DNA of 64,000 nucleotides from a bacterium (lineage in GTDB: Bacteria > Fidelibacterota > Fidelibacteria > Fidelibacterales > Fidelibacteraceae), in contig OY781066.1 of assembly GCA_963676395.1 (NCBI GenBank), positions 736,001 to 800,000 of the forward strand, given 5' to 3'. The notes beneath the pieces are model-generated. The model did no database searches. It saw nothing but the letters and a program-made list of their open reading frames with translations, and was not told the DNA's origin. Each line of letters begins with the position of its first letter. Within the stretch, counting starts at the first letter, position 1. Below are positions 10,023 to 20,911 of the stretch, one piece after another. A program made the translations under genes and the position numbers.

Positions 10023-10280
10023 GCGGAATCGTGGAATCGTAAAAATATTTAAATTATATTTAAGGCTCAAAAATTGATACTAATTAATTTAGCATAGATA
10101 TTTTTAAATACACCAATATGATAATTCATGTATCGATTAAACGATCGAACGATTCCACGATTCCGCTAATCGTTTCAAAAAACACCAATTTTTCTAATGA
10201 TAATTTATTCTAATAGAATTGCTCTAAACTCATTTCGTCCTCATTAATTTACGTCCTACAGCGATTAAACGATTCCGCAA
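10023..10280. repeat. Octamer-based inverted repeat (GCGGAATCGTGGAATCGT / ACGATTCCACGATTCCGC) with extra degenerate copies
   Basis: Perfect 18-bp inverted pair at 10023-10040 and 10149-10166. Further CGATTAAA/CGATTCCG units near 10134-10148 and 10261-10280. Confidence 0.85.
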
Positions 10281-10291
10281 TTATGCCTCTT

Positions 10292-10999
10292 CTAAAACAC
10301 CCTCTTTGCATTAAACAAACGATTAGCCTCTTCAAGGCGCTCCGGCGTTCCCAAATCCATCCATAGTCCCTTACTATGATCATAAGCCAATATCTTTTCT
10401 TGTTCGCAAATGCTTAAATAGTGATCGATAATACTAAAGTTACCAGCGGGCATATCGTCAAGTAAACATGGATGTACAATTTGTATACCGCTAAACGCGA
10501 ATTCATTTCCTTCGCGCCCCTTAAGCTCACCTGTACTTTTATTTTTCCAACCACAAAGTCGTTGATTATTAAATAAAAGTTTCCGTTTTGTCTCTCTATC
10601 TCTAACAGCCATCAATACAGCAGCATCTCTTGCAATGAATTCTTTCATCATGGTATTCAAATTGATATCACTTAAAATATCAACATTGTATACCAGGAAT
10701 GGATAATCACCCAAGAATTCCTGTGCATGCTTTAATGCGCCACCACTTCCTTGAATTTCTGTCCTTTCATCGGAGATCACGATATTTAATTCAGGATAGT
10801 TTTCTTGAATAAACTCTTCGATCATATCGGCAAAATGATGCACATTGATCACGATCTCATCAAAACCGTATAATAAAAGTTTTTCTATGGTATGATCAAG
10901 AAGCGGACGACCATTCAAGTCGACAAGTGCTTTAGGCTTATTACTTGTCATTAGCCTGAGGCGTGTACCAAGTCCTGCTGCGAGTATGAGTGCTTTCAT
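10292..10999 (-). CDS. Sugar-phosphate nucleotidyltransferase (MurU-like)
   Basis: ILAAGLGTRL...KPKAL, NVDI, FSGI and WMDLGTPE motifs. Lies downstream of an AmgK-like kinase. Confidence 0.85.
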   Translation of the reverse strand: MKALILAAGLGTRLRLMTSNKPKALVDLNGRPLLDHTIEKLLLYGFDEIVINVHHFADMIEEFIQENYPELNIVISDERTEIQGSGGALKHAQEFLGDYPFLVYNVDILSDINLNTMMKEFIARDAAVLMAVRDRETKRKLLFNNQRLCGWKNKSTGELKGREGNEFAFSGIQIVHPCLLDDMPAGNFSIIDHYLSICEQEKILAYDHSKGLWMDLGTPERLEEANRLFNAKRVF

Positions 11000-11037
11000 A
11001 ACTTACCTGTTGAAGGGTTGAAAGGTTGATTACTTTA

Positions 11038-11131
11038 TGTCATCTCGACCGTAGCCCTATCGGGGCAAGCGAAATTCCTGTTTGAGATTTCTCCATTTCT
11101 CCGTCAGCTGACGAATTCAGTCAAAATGACA
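11038..11131. repeat. Dispersed palindromic element TGTCATCTCGACC...GTCAAAATGACA
   Basis: Terminal inverted arms. Related arms occur at 18625, 18783, 18984, 19829, 50389 and 59870. Confidence 0.7.
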
Positions 11132-11138
11132 ATCAAGG

Positions 11139-11178
11139 TGTAAGGAACCCAGAAGCGTCGCGGAGACCGTTCCCTACA
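11139..11178. repeat. REP-like hairpin TGTAAGGAAC...GTTCCCTACA
   Basis: Shares GTAAGGAAC and GACCGTTCC with the copy at 18888-18912. Confidence 0.55.
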
Positions 11179-11193
11179 TACAGTTTTTTATTT

Positions 11194-12609
11194 TTACAAA
11201 TGACTCAAATTTACAACAATATCATCCCGCCTCTTTAAATACTCAGCAAGTTTGACCGCGCAATAAACCGAGCGGTGTCGCCCGCCTGTACAGCCAAAGC
11301 CAACTTCAAGATGCGTGAATTTCCGTTTTACATAATCGTTCACGGTCATTTCTACCATAGCAGTCGCATGATCCAAAAATTCTTTTATATCAGTCTTGGA
11401 TTCTAAAAACTCTATCACCGGCTTATCTTTACCGGTCAGTTCTTTATATTCCTCATAACGCCCCGGATTATATATACCTCGACAATCAAACAAAAATCCG
11501 CCACCATTCCCGGATGTATCTTCAGGTAAGTCACGTTTGTAAGAAAATGATGATACATCAACCGTCAACTTATCGGAATCCGTTCGCCCATATTTCATTA
11601 ATTTTGGTTGTTCGGTTATCTTCTGTAGAACGCTCATAAGCGCGGGAATTTCAATCGGAAGATCAGCATGTTTCAGCAAGTATCTGATATTCTCAATTGC
11701 ATAAGGCACTGATCTTAAAAAATGTTGTTTCTTTTCATAAAAACCACGAAAACCGTAAGCTCCCATGGCTTGCATGATTCTGACAAGTACATAAGCATGA
11801 TAGTACTTAGTAAATTTCTCGCGATCAAATTTGTGATATTTTTTTAATGTATCCAAATAATGATCAAAAAGTATATCTCTAATATGCTGCGGAATATCGG
11901 CTTTGGCATCATACAGCAGTGATGCCACATCATATTGCAATGCGCCATATCGACCACCCTGAAAATCGATAAAACAAGGTTCGCCGTCTTTGACCATAAT
12001 ATTTCTGGACTGAAAATCTCTATACAAAAAATAATCACAATCCGCTTCAAGCAAATAATCGGCAAAGGTATTAAAATCGTTTTCCAACTCCTGCTCATCA
12101 AAGGGGATCTTAGCAAGTTTTAGAAAATAATACTTAAAATAATTTAAATCCCACATGATAGATTGACGGTCAAATTTGTATCGTGGATAACATTTCTTAA
12201 AATCAATACTGGTTCCCGCTTTTAACTGAAACTTGGGTAGTTCTTCCAAAACTTTTTTATATACATCAATCAATTCTTGCGGAAATATACCATTCTTGTA
12301 AACATCACTTAAATAAGCAAAAAGCGTGGTATCACCCAGATCTTCTTGCAAATAAATATTATTATCCAGATCATCCGCGTATATTTCGGGAACCGAAAGA
12401 CCATGCGCACGGAAATGTCGGCAAAAAGAGAGAAAAGCGATATTCTCTTTGCGATCTTCATTATATACAGCAATAATTGTTCGCCCGGATTCACCGGTCA
12501 AACGATAATATTCACGGTAAGAGCCGGAACCCGGCATATCTTTTATTAAAACACATTCCTCATTAAACAAAGATGTATAAAGTTTTTTAAATTGGCGTTT
12601 CTTTTGCAT
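11194..12609 (-). CDS. AmgK-like (APH-fold) sugar kinase fused to a RapZ C-terminal domain
   Basis: GSYREYYR, YRDFQSRNIM, IDFQG, YDVASLL. C-terminus SFSYK...DCR...NPGR...GCTGGRHRSV. Confidence 0.88.
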   Translation of the reverse strand: MQKKRQFKKLYTSLFNEECVLIKDMPGSGSYREYYRLTGESGRTIIAVYNEDRKENIAFLSFCRHFRAHGLSVPEIYADDLDNNIYLQEDLGDTTLFAYLSDVYKNGIFPQELIDVYKKVLEELPKFQLKAGTSIDFKKCYPRYKFDRQSIMWDLNYFKYYFLKLAKIPFDEQELENDFNTFADYLLEADCDYFLYRDFQSRNIMVKDGEPCFIDFQGGRYGALQYDVASLLYDAKADIPQHIRDILFDHYLDTLKKYHKFDREKFTKYYHAYVLVRIMQAMGAYGFRGFYEKKQHFLRSVPYAIENIRYLLKHADLPIEIPALMSVLQKITEQPKLMKYGRTDSDKLTVDVSSFSYKRDLPEDTSGNGGGFLFDCRGIYNPGRYEEYKELTGKDKPVIEFLESKTDIKEFLDHATAMVEMTVNDYVKRKFTHLEVGFGCTGGRHRSVYCAVKLAEYLKRRDDIVVNLSHL

Positions 12610-12618
12610 TCATGTCCT

Positions 12619-13818
12619 TTATTTGCTTAACCAATATTTAGGGTTAAGTTTTTCCTGTTCATGCCATAATTCAAAATGGAGACGTGTGCCATCCATAGAA
12701 CCATTGGAAGATACCGTTGCCAGTTGCTGACCGGCATCGACATACTCATCCTGCATCACATTAATATTTTCAACATGGGAATAGACAGTGTAATAATTGC
12801 CATCATGTAATACGATAATGGTATTCCCGAAACCGCGCAACCAGGTGATAGTGACAACCATACCATCGCTAACTGCTTTAACAGTCGCATCTTGTACGGT
12901 TGCGATCTCTATTCCTGAATTCTCCGTTATCGTACCTAGAACAGGGTGTTTATGTTTCCCGAATGAGCTGACAATTTTACCATGTGCCGGCCAAAGTAAT
13001 TTACCCTTTTTCTGATCAAATGGCAGTGAAACGATCTCACGTTTTTTTCTTTCTTCTTCAAGACGTGTAATATAGGCTTTTTTATCCTTCTGCGTTCTGC
13101 TAATAACTCCCCGGATTTCCTTTATCGAACTTTCTTTGGCTTTGATCTCTTTCGCAATCAATTCACGATCTGCAACAATCTGAGAATATTTAGATTCTTT
13201 ATCTTTTTTTAGTTTTTCCAGGTTTTCTTGTTCGTTCTTTAATTCATTGACCTTTCTGGCAATAGATTTACTTTCCCGATCAATTTGGGAGTTTCGCCTA
13301 TTGATCAATTTCATATTGTCCAATAATTCTTTATATAATTTTCGATCCGCTTCATTCACTGCGGAAATATATTTTATGCGATAATAAAATTCACGAGAAC
13401 TGGCCGCATCAACAAAAAGATCAAGCTGACGCTGAGGCCGAAGTTTATATGCTCTTACCACACGCTTTTTATATCTTTCAAGAAGCAAAATTCTCTCACC
13501 TTTTGCACCTTTATAATCTTTTTCCAATTGTTTCTTTTTCGAACGACGCAAAGAGAGTTCCTTGTTTTGCAATCTGATCTTTTCGTTCGTCAATGAGATC
13601 TGTCTATTGGTATTATCAACTTCCCTGCTCAGGTCATATTCCTGTTGTTGATATTTTTTTTGCTCGGAACGCAGAGCATTCAGCTGTTTTTCCAGCTCTT
13701 TTAATTCATAGGAACTCTGCTGTATCCTGTTATCATACTCCTGCACAGACTGAGCAGATAGCATCGAAAATAGCATCAACAGCAAAAAGGTTATGTATGT
13801 GAAAATTTTGGTTTTCAT
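12619..13818 (-). CDS. envC: Murein hydrolase activator, EnvC-like (coiled coil plus degenerate M23 domain)
   Basis: Signal peptide, long coiled coil, KGKLLWPAHG. M23 domain has HxxxD replaced by NSGIE, plus LHFE. Confidence 0.8.
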   Translation of the reverse strand: MKTKIFTYITFLLLMLFSMLSAQSVQEYDNRIQQSSYELKELEKQLNALRSEQKKYQQQEYDLSREVDNTNRQISLTNEKIRLQNKELSLRRSKKKQLEKDYKGAKGERILLLERYKKRVVRAYKLRPQRQLDLFVDAASSREFYYRIKYISAVNEADRKLYKELLDNMKLINRRNSQIDRESKSIARKVNELKNEQENLEKLKKDKESKYSQIVADRELIAKEIKAKESSIKEIRGVISRTQKDKKAYITRLEEERKKREIVSLPFDQKKGKLLWPAHGKIVSSFGKHKHPVLGTITENSGIEIATVQDATVKAVSDGMVVTITWLRGFGNTIIVLHDGNYYTVYSHVENINVMQDEYVDAGQQLATVSSNGSMDGTRLHFELWHEQEKLNPKYWLSK

Positions 13819-13982
13819 CTAGATAAAATAAGGAATTTGTAACGGAATAAAAAATAAAACTTGGCTTAGTGGCTCATTGCTTAAACTCCCGAATTTCATT
13901 ATAAATTTTTCTTATTTAGCGTATGATTTTTCAAATCAAAAAAGTATATTTATTTTCTTATAGCAAATGATTCGGAGGAACA

Positions 13983-16316
13983 ATGAAAACAACATTGAAA
14001 ATTTGGACTACCATAATTATATCTATGATCTTATTTGCCTTACCTCTTTGGGCAGATTCCTACACTTGGCTGGAAGTAAACACTCCAGATAAGTATAGTG
14101 TCTTTTCGAATATTGATAATCATGGTGAAAATCTAGTGTGGGCAACATGCACCCAAAATTATTTATCTTCAAGAACATTGATATATAGCAGTGATGGTGG
14201 AAAAAACTGGAGTGAGATCTACACTTTCACAGATGCGGTTCAAGATCTTGATTTCATTTCAGAAAATGTCGGTTTTGCGATCTGTTTTGAAAAAATATTA
14301 AAAACTAATGATGGTGGTAACACATGGAATGAGATATATTCGGGAATTCAATTAACACAACTTTCCGTCGTTTCTGAAAGTGTTATATGGGCCGCCGCGA
14401 CAAAACGTTATGTCATAAGAACCACGGATAGTGGGAATTCTTGGAATGTTGATACCCTAACGACCATGGACCGTAATTTGCTTGATATTTCAGCCATTAA
14501 TACTGACAATGCCTGGGTTATACTTGAAGATCCATATTCAACGACCAATGTATTATATAAAACCAGTGATGCGGGTAGCAGCTGGCAAAGCAAATCTTAT
14601 AAAACGTTAACGGAAATTGAATTGACAAGCTCAGAAATCGGCTATGCTTTATTCGACAATTGGCTTTGGAAGACCACGAACTTTTCATCAAACTGGACTC
14701 GCCAAAGAAGCTTCCCATATGGAAAATTTTTACACTCTGCTGAGGATAATAAACTCTGGATATTTAATAGAGATGCTTATAATTATTTTTATAAAACGGC
14801 TGACGGCGGTGAAACGTGGGTAAAATCGGGACGTGGTTTCGCTTCAAAGAACTTATCATTCATATATAATTACTGTGCGCACGACACGTCTCATGCCTGG
14901 GCTGGTGATTCTGATGATATTTATAAATACGTCCCCTACCCTAATATCGACCTATTATATCCCAATGCCGGAGACAATGTTCACACGGAAGAAACAATTC
15001 AAATTCTTTGGGGATCTCAAACTATAGAGTATATCAATATTTATTATACAAGTGATGGCAGCAATTGGACGCTTATTGAAGATTCAGTAGAAACCGCAAC
15101 TGGCAGTTATTATTGGCAAACACCCACAACTGAGATCACAGACTGCAAAATAAAACTAGAACCATGCAACTCAAGATTCTCATATTACACTACAGAGTCT
15201 GATGGGAATTTTTCAATACTTGCATCACCCATTTCTTATAAAGATTTCGACTTATATAACAGATGTGATTTTTCAGAAAACAATCCTTTAAATGTTTTTG
15301 AGAAAGGTGTTCCCATCCGCATAAAAGTAAAAGTGAAAAATAATCTAACACAAAATCTACTAAGTGCCTCCGGGACATTGTCAAGCGATAGCCCCTACAT
15401 TAACATTACCTCGAATACAACTTCATATAATAACATTCTAAGCAATGGAGAAGAATGGTCTTCCAACGAATTCGAGTTTATCATTCAGAACAATGCCCCC
15501 AATGAATTTACGGTAGATTTTGAATTAAACATCGATGATCAAATCGTAACGGGAGGTCCTTGGGCGTGTAACTTTAGTCTTCCAATTATCCTTAATCCCT
15601 TTGAAATCGGTTTAGTGCTTATCGATGATGATAACAATCCGGATAGCAAGGGTGATAATGACGACATAATTGAAGCAGAAGAGGATGTTGAAATAATACC
15701 TCTCTTAAATAATATAAGTGAAAATGAATATGAGAATGTAGAAGGTAAGTTGTTTGCCCTGTCGGGTGAAATTGATATTTGGAATGCTCGAACAGGAGCA
15801 ACAAATGTGGTTTACGACCACTATCCATACAATGTGATCGCAGGAAAACAAGAAACGGTAACTTCCCTTCAAACAAATATTATGCCGGAACAAGATTATG
15901 TTTTATCATATCGATTTAATGACACCTTTTCCTTCCCCCTGATCATGCAAATAAGTGCGGAGTTACCAAAGTATAACGATATGGAAATGCGTTGGGCAAA
16001 AGAATTTATATTAAACGACTCATATCCAAATGTTGGAATTGATTACTCTGTCCCTGAATCATATTCTTTATCAAATTACCCTAATCCTTTTAACCCATCA
16101 ACTACCATTGATATTAATCTACCTATAAACAATAATGTTAGACTTGACATATTTGATGTAAGCGGTAATTTGCTTGTAAAGCTAATTGATGCATATTATG
16201 AAGCGGGGCATTATTTAATAAATTTTGACGCTGGAACATTACCCAGTGGTATATATATTTATCGCTTAAGCTCTAATAACATGATCCTAAGTAACAAAAT
16301 GCTCTTGATGAAATAA
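13983..16316 (+). CDS. Secreted BNR/YCF48-repeat beta-propeller protein with Ig-like domains and a T9SS-A/FlgD-type C-terminal domain
   Basis: Signal peptide, several (S/T)xDxGxxW Asp-box repeats, C-terminal NYPNPFNPSTTI...LPSGIYIYRL...KMLLMK. Confidence 0.82.
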   Translation: MKTTLKIWTTIIISMILFALPLWADSYTWLEVNTPDKYSVFSNIDNHGENLVWATCTQNYLSSRTLIYSSDGGKNWSEIYTFTDAVQDLDFISENVGFAICFEKILKTNDGGNTWNEIYSGIQLTQLSVVSESVIWAAATKRYVIRTTDSGNSWNVDTLTTMDRNLLDISAINTDNAWVILEDPYSTTNVLYKTSDAGSSWQSKSYKTLTEIELTSSEIGYALFDNWLWKTTNFSSNWTRQRSFPYGKFLHSAEDNKLWIFNRDAYNYFYKTADGGETWVKSGRGFASKNLSFIYNYCAHDTSHAWAGDSDDIYKYVPYPNIDLLYPNAGDNVHTEETIQILWGSQTIEYINIYYTSDGSNWTLIEDSVETATGSYYWQTPTTEITDCKIKLEPCNSRFSYYTTESDGNFSILASPISYKDFDLYNRCDFSENNPLNVFEKGVPIRIKVKVKNNLTQNLLSASGTLSSDSPYINITSNTTSYNNILSNGEEWSSNEFEFIIQNNAPNEFTVDFELNIDDQIVTGGPWACNFSLPIILNPFEIGLVLIDDDNNPDSKGDNDDIIEAEEDVEIIPLLNNISENEYENVEGKLFALSGEIDIWNARTGATNVVYDHYPYNVIAGKQETVTSLQTNIMPEQDYVLSYRFNDTFSFPLIMQISAELPKYNDMEMRWAKEFILNDSYPNVGIDYSVPESYSLSNYPNPFNPSTTIDINLPINNNVRLDIFDVSGNLLVKLIDAYYEAGHYLINFDAGTLPSGIYIYRLSSNNMILSNKMLLMK

Positions 16317-16341
16317 TCATTGATTAAGTATTTAAAATATG

Positions 16342-16366
16342 AGGAGTTCATTTGAACTCCTTTTTT
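16342..16366 (+). terminator. Intrinsic terminator
   Basis: AGGAGTTCA-tt-TGAACTCCT followed by a T run. Confidence 0.8.
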
Positions 16367-16537
16367 CTATTTTTTATGATATGGTCTGTAAGTTATCCAT
16401 ATAAAACTCTGACATTACGACGTGCTCTCCTTGAATACCGTCACCTTTGGCAAACAAGAAATAAGAATATGTGATTTTAGTATGCTTCAAATATTGTTTA
16501 ATCCTTGTTTGATATTCAATATTTTCTCCTTTGCGAA

Positions 16538-16725
16538 GAAGTATGGAGCATGGAGTATGGAGCCTCTGATTTCAGAACTCAAATCGCACATCTCAAATTT
16601 CAAATCGATTTAAAATCTAAAATTATCAATCTGCAATCTGCATTTACTTGTCTCTCATAAGTATGGAGTAAAGAGTACATAGTAAGCAAGTGGGTACTTA
16701 CTCCTTAATCCATACTCCTTACTCT
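16538..16725. repeat. Degenerate heptamer tandem repeats (ATGGAGT / TACTCC) in both orientations
   Basis: GTATGGAGCATGGAGTATGGAGC, AAATC-type 7-mers, TAAGTATGGAGTAAAGAG, and the inverse TACTCCTTAATCCATACTCCTTACTC. Confidence 0.65.
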
Positions 16726-16732
16726 AATATAT

Positions 16733-16762
16733 AAAAAAAGCCCCGTCATACTGACGAGGCTC
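16733..16762 (-). terminator. Intrinsic terminator of groEL
   Basis: AAAAAAAGCCCCGTCA-tac-TGACGAGGCT. Confidence 0.8.
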
Positions 16763-16796
16763 TTCATTATTTGAAATGTCTATAAGACTTTTTCGT

Positions 16797-18500
<1,704 letters not shown>

Positions 18501-18512
18501 TCAAAGCGAAGA

Positions 18513-18541
18513 AATTTAATCTTATAAACGATTTATATCAA
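18513..18541 (-). promoter_or_regulatory. sigma70-type promoter directly upstream of groEL
   Basis: Minus strand TTGATA-N17-TAAATT, then GGAGGA RBS. Confidence 0.6.
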
Positions 18542-18554
18542 GTCTTTTGTGGGG

Positions 18555-19029
18555 TGAATCGCTGAATCGTTAAATCGCGGAAACGCGGAATCAGGTAATT
18601 TGTTTACACCCTGTTGCACGGTTTTGTCATTTAGACCGTAATCCACCGGAACACAGGCGAAGGTGGATGAAGTGGCGATATCTCAACTCGGGAATGTCCA
18701 CCCTGCCTGCTTTTAGGATCTTGCCGCAGAAAAAATTATTTACATCATAATCATATTACGCAAACATCTATCTTAACCGTTTGGGATCACTCCACTGCAC
18801 TCCGTTTCGGTCGAGATGACAATATTGATTATTTTCATCAAAATGCGAACCATTTAAAAAGATAACACAAAATATTTACCTAAAAAGGTAAGGAACGGTC
18901 TTGACCGTTCCTTTTCCAATAAAAAAAGGGCCCACGTTCACGCAGGTCCTTGTATTTCATTTCAATCACTTCATCTCATGAATAGATCTCTCCGTTACAG
19001 CTCCTTCGTCGCTTTCGGTCGAGATGGCA
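18555..19029. repeat. Cluster of intergenic repeats (GAATCG octamers, TGTCAT...ATGACA elements, REP-like GTAAGGAACGGTCTTGACCGTTCCT)
   Basis: Octamers 18555-18593, left arm 18625-18684, right arms 18783-18821 and 18984-19029, REP hairpin 18888-18912. Confidence 0.7.
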
Positions 19030-19043
19030 GACTACCGGCATTC

Positions 19044-19652
19044 TCATTTCTCAATTGATTTCTCGACTTTCAACTCTCCATCCTCAACTTCTTCGATGGG
19101 CTTTTCATAGCAATGTCGGCATCTTGCTTCGTAAGCTTCACCGGCACCAACCACAACACGCTCGGTGGATTTCGCAAGACGGTATGTATAATTCGCCTGA
19201 GCTCCACAACGCATACAAATGGCATGCATTTTTGTAATATCTTCCGCAATGGCCAAGAGCTGTGGCATAGGTTCAAAAGGAACGGCACGATAATCCATAT
19301 CCAAACCGGCAATAATCACGCGTTTACCGCTATCTGCTAAACTTTGGACGATCTCGATAAGATCATTACCAAAAAATTGAGCCTCATCAATACCAATCAC
19401 CTGAGCAAATATAGCATGTTCCAGGATATCCTTGGCTTCTTTGATCACAATAGAATGAATTTCCTGCTTTGAATGGGAAACGATCTTTTCTTTATCATAA
19501 CGATTGTCAATCTTTGGTTTAAAAACCACAACCTTTTGCTTTGCTATCTGAGCACGACGCAAACGACGAATCAATTCTTCGGTTTTCCCGCTAAACATTG
19601 ACCCGCAAACCACTTCAATATGTCCATTTTGTGGACGCCATCCTGACTGCAT
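19044..19652 (-). CDS. tdk: Thymidine kinase
   Basis: [29 protein letters not shown]-terminal CxxC zinc sites. Confidence 0.97.
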   Translation of the reverse strand: MQSGWRPQNGHIEVVCGSMFSGKTEELIRRLRRAQIAKQKVVVFKPKIDNRYDKEKIVSHSKQEIHSIVIKEAKDILEHAIFAQVIGIDEAQFFGNDLIEIVQSLADSGKRVIIAGLDMDYRAVPFEPMPQLLAIAEDITKMHAICMRCGAQANYTYRLAKSTERVVVGAGEAYEARCRHCYEKPIEEVEDGELKVEKSIEK

Positions 19653-19685
19653 AATCCCTCTTTATCTTTAACGTTTATCGTTTAA

Positions 19686-19873
19686 TGGTGAGTAGTGAAC
19701 AGTAAACAGTGGTGAGAGGTAATATTCTATTCACGACCGTTCACTACTTACTACTTACTACTTTATTTTTTACCTTCGCCTTGAGCTCAATATTCAAATT
19801 CTATAGCAAGAATTCAACTTATTCATTTGAGATTTTTCCGCTTGCCCCTATGGGGCTTTGGTCGAAATAGCAG
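19686..19873. repeat. Inverted heptamer repeats (GTGAGTA/GTGAACA vs TTCACTA/CTTACTA) plus a right-arm palindromic element
   Basis: 19686-19717 versus 19730-19762. GAGATTTTTCCGCTTGCCCCTATGGGGCTTTGGTCGAAATAGCA at 19829-19872 is near reverse-complementary to 11038-11075. Confidence 0.65.
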
Positions 19874-19887
19874 CAAACCTTGAGGCC

Positions 19888-20508
19888 TTAATCTTTAAGT
19901 AGCGTTGCAATTTTTGTTCTAAAAAGATCGATCGCCACCTTATTCTTGCCACCTTCGGGAATGATCACATCCGCATAGCGTTTACTTGGTTCAACAAAGG
20001 TTTCATGCATGGGACGAACCGTTTGCATATATTGATCGGTCACATTATCTAGAGCACGACCACGTTTATAAATATCGCGCTTCATTCTACGAATAAATCT
20101 AATATCGGCATCGGTATCCACAAAGATCTTTATATCCAGCATCTCTCGTAGTTTCGGCTCGTAAAGCACCATAATGCCTTCAACAATAATCACTTTTTGT
20201 GGAGCAAACTTTTTAGTTTCTTCCGAACGAGAATGCGTAACATAGTTATACTGAGGAAATTCAACTTCCTCCCCGGCCTTCATTCTATTAATATCTTTAA
20301 TTAAAAGATCAAATTCAACGGAATCAGGATGATCAAAATTCCATTTTGCTCTTTCGTCATGCGGCAAATGTGAAAGGTCTTTATAATACCAATCCTGCTC
20401 AATAATCACAGCTCCATTTAAGTGAAGATCTTTAACCAAGGCTTTTGCCACAGAGGTTTTCCCGGATCCACTCCCGCCGGCAATACCGATTACAATCGTT
20501 TTATCCAT
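19888..20508 (-). CDS. udk: Uridine kinase
   Basis: GIAGGSGSGKT, NFDHP, VEGI, DADIRFIRRMKRD, FVEPSKRYADVIIP. Confidence 0.97.
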   Translation of the reverse strand: MDKTIVIGIAGGSGSGKTSVAKALVKDLHLNGAVIIEQDWYYKDLSHLPHDERAKWNFDHPDSVEFDLLIKDINRMKAGEEVEFPQYNYVTHSRSEETKKFAPQKVIIVEGIMVLYEPKLREMLDIKIFVDTDADIRFIRRMKRDIYKRGRALDNVTDQYMQTVRPMHETFVEPSKRYADVIIPEGGKNKVAIDLFRTKIATLLKD

Positions 20509-20509
20509 C

Positions 20510-20911
20510 TTATCCTAAATCCTTTATTCCAAATGCGTTTGGCAGAAGTGTTTCCGTATCCGTAATTTCTTTGATATTCCCTTTTTCATCGGCGATAATT
20601 ATATCAATATCTCCACAAATATCAAAAATAACCTGACGACAAGCTCCACAAGGAGAGCCGCCCCCGCGAGAAACCACAGCCATCGCACCGAAATCCTTCT
20701 TGCCTTTACCTATAGCTGTAGCAATGGCATTCCGTTCTGCACAAATCGTTAAACCGTAGGATGAACTCTCAACATTCACACCACAGATGATCTCACCATC
20801 ATCGCACAATAAAGCCGCCGCCACCTGAAATTTTGAAAAAGGTGCAAAAGCATTCTCTCGAATATCTAAGGCCGCATTGACTAATTCTTGCTGTTTGTTT
20901 TTATCTATCAT
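20510..20911 (-). CDS. cdd: Cytidine deaminase (homotetrameric type)
   Basis: APFSKFQV, NVESSSYGLTICAER, PCGACRQ, LLPNAF. Confidence 0.97.
   Translation of the reverse strand: MIDKNKQQELVNAALDIRENAFAPFSKFQVAAALLCDDGEIICGVNVESSSYGLTICAERNAIATAIGKGKKDFGAMAVVSRGGGSPCGACRQVIFDICGDIDIIIADEKGNIKEITDTETLLPNAFGIKDLG

Noticed and set aside
9901..10291. tRNA gene upstream of tig
   Set aside because: No cloverleaf or T-loop/CCA signature. The region holds a promoter and octamer repeats.
16374..16613. Small ORFs (plus 16422..16613 and a roughly 55-codon minus-strand open stretch)
   Set aside because: No convincing start/RBS, they run into heptamer repeats and show no motif. The minus-strand stretch might be a gene remnant but cannot be supported.
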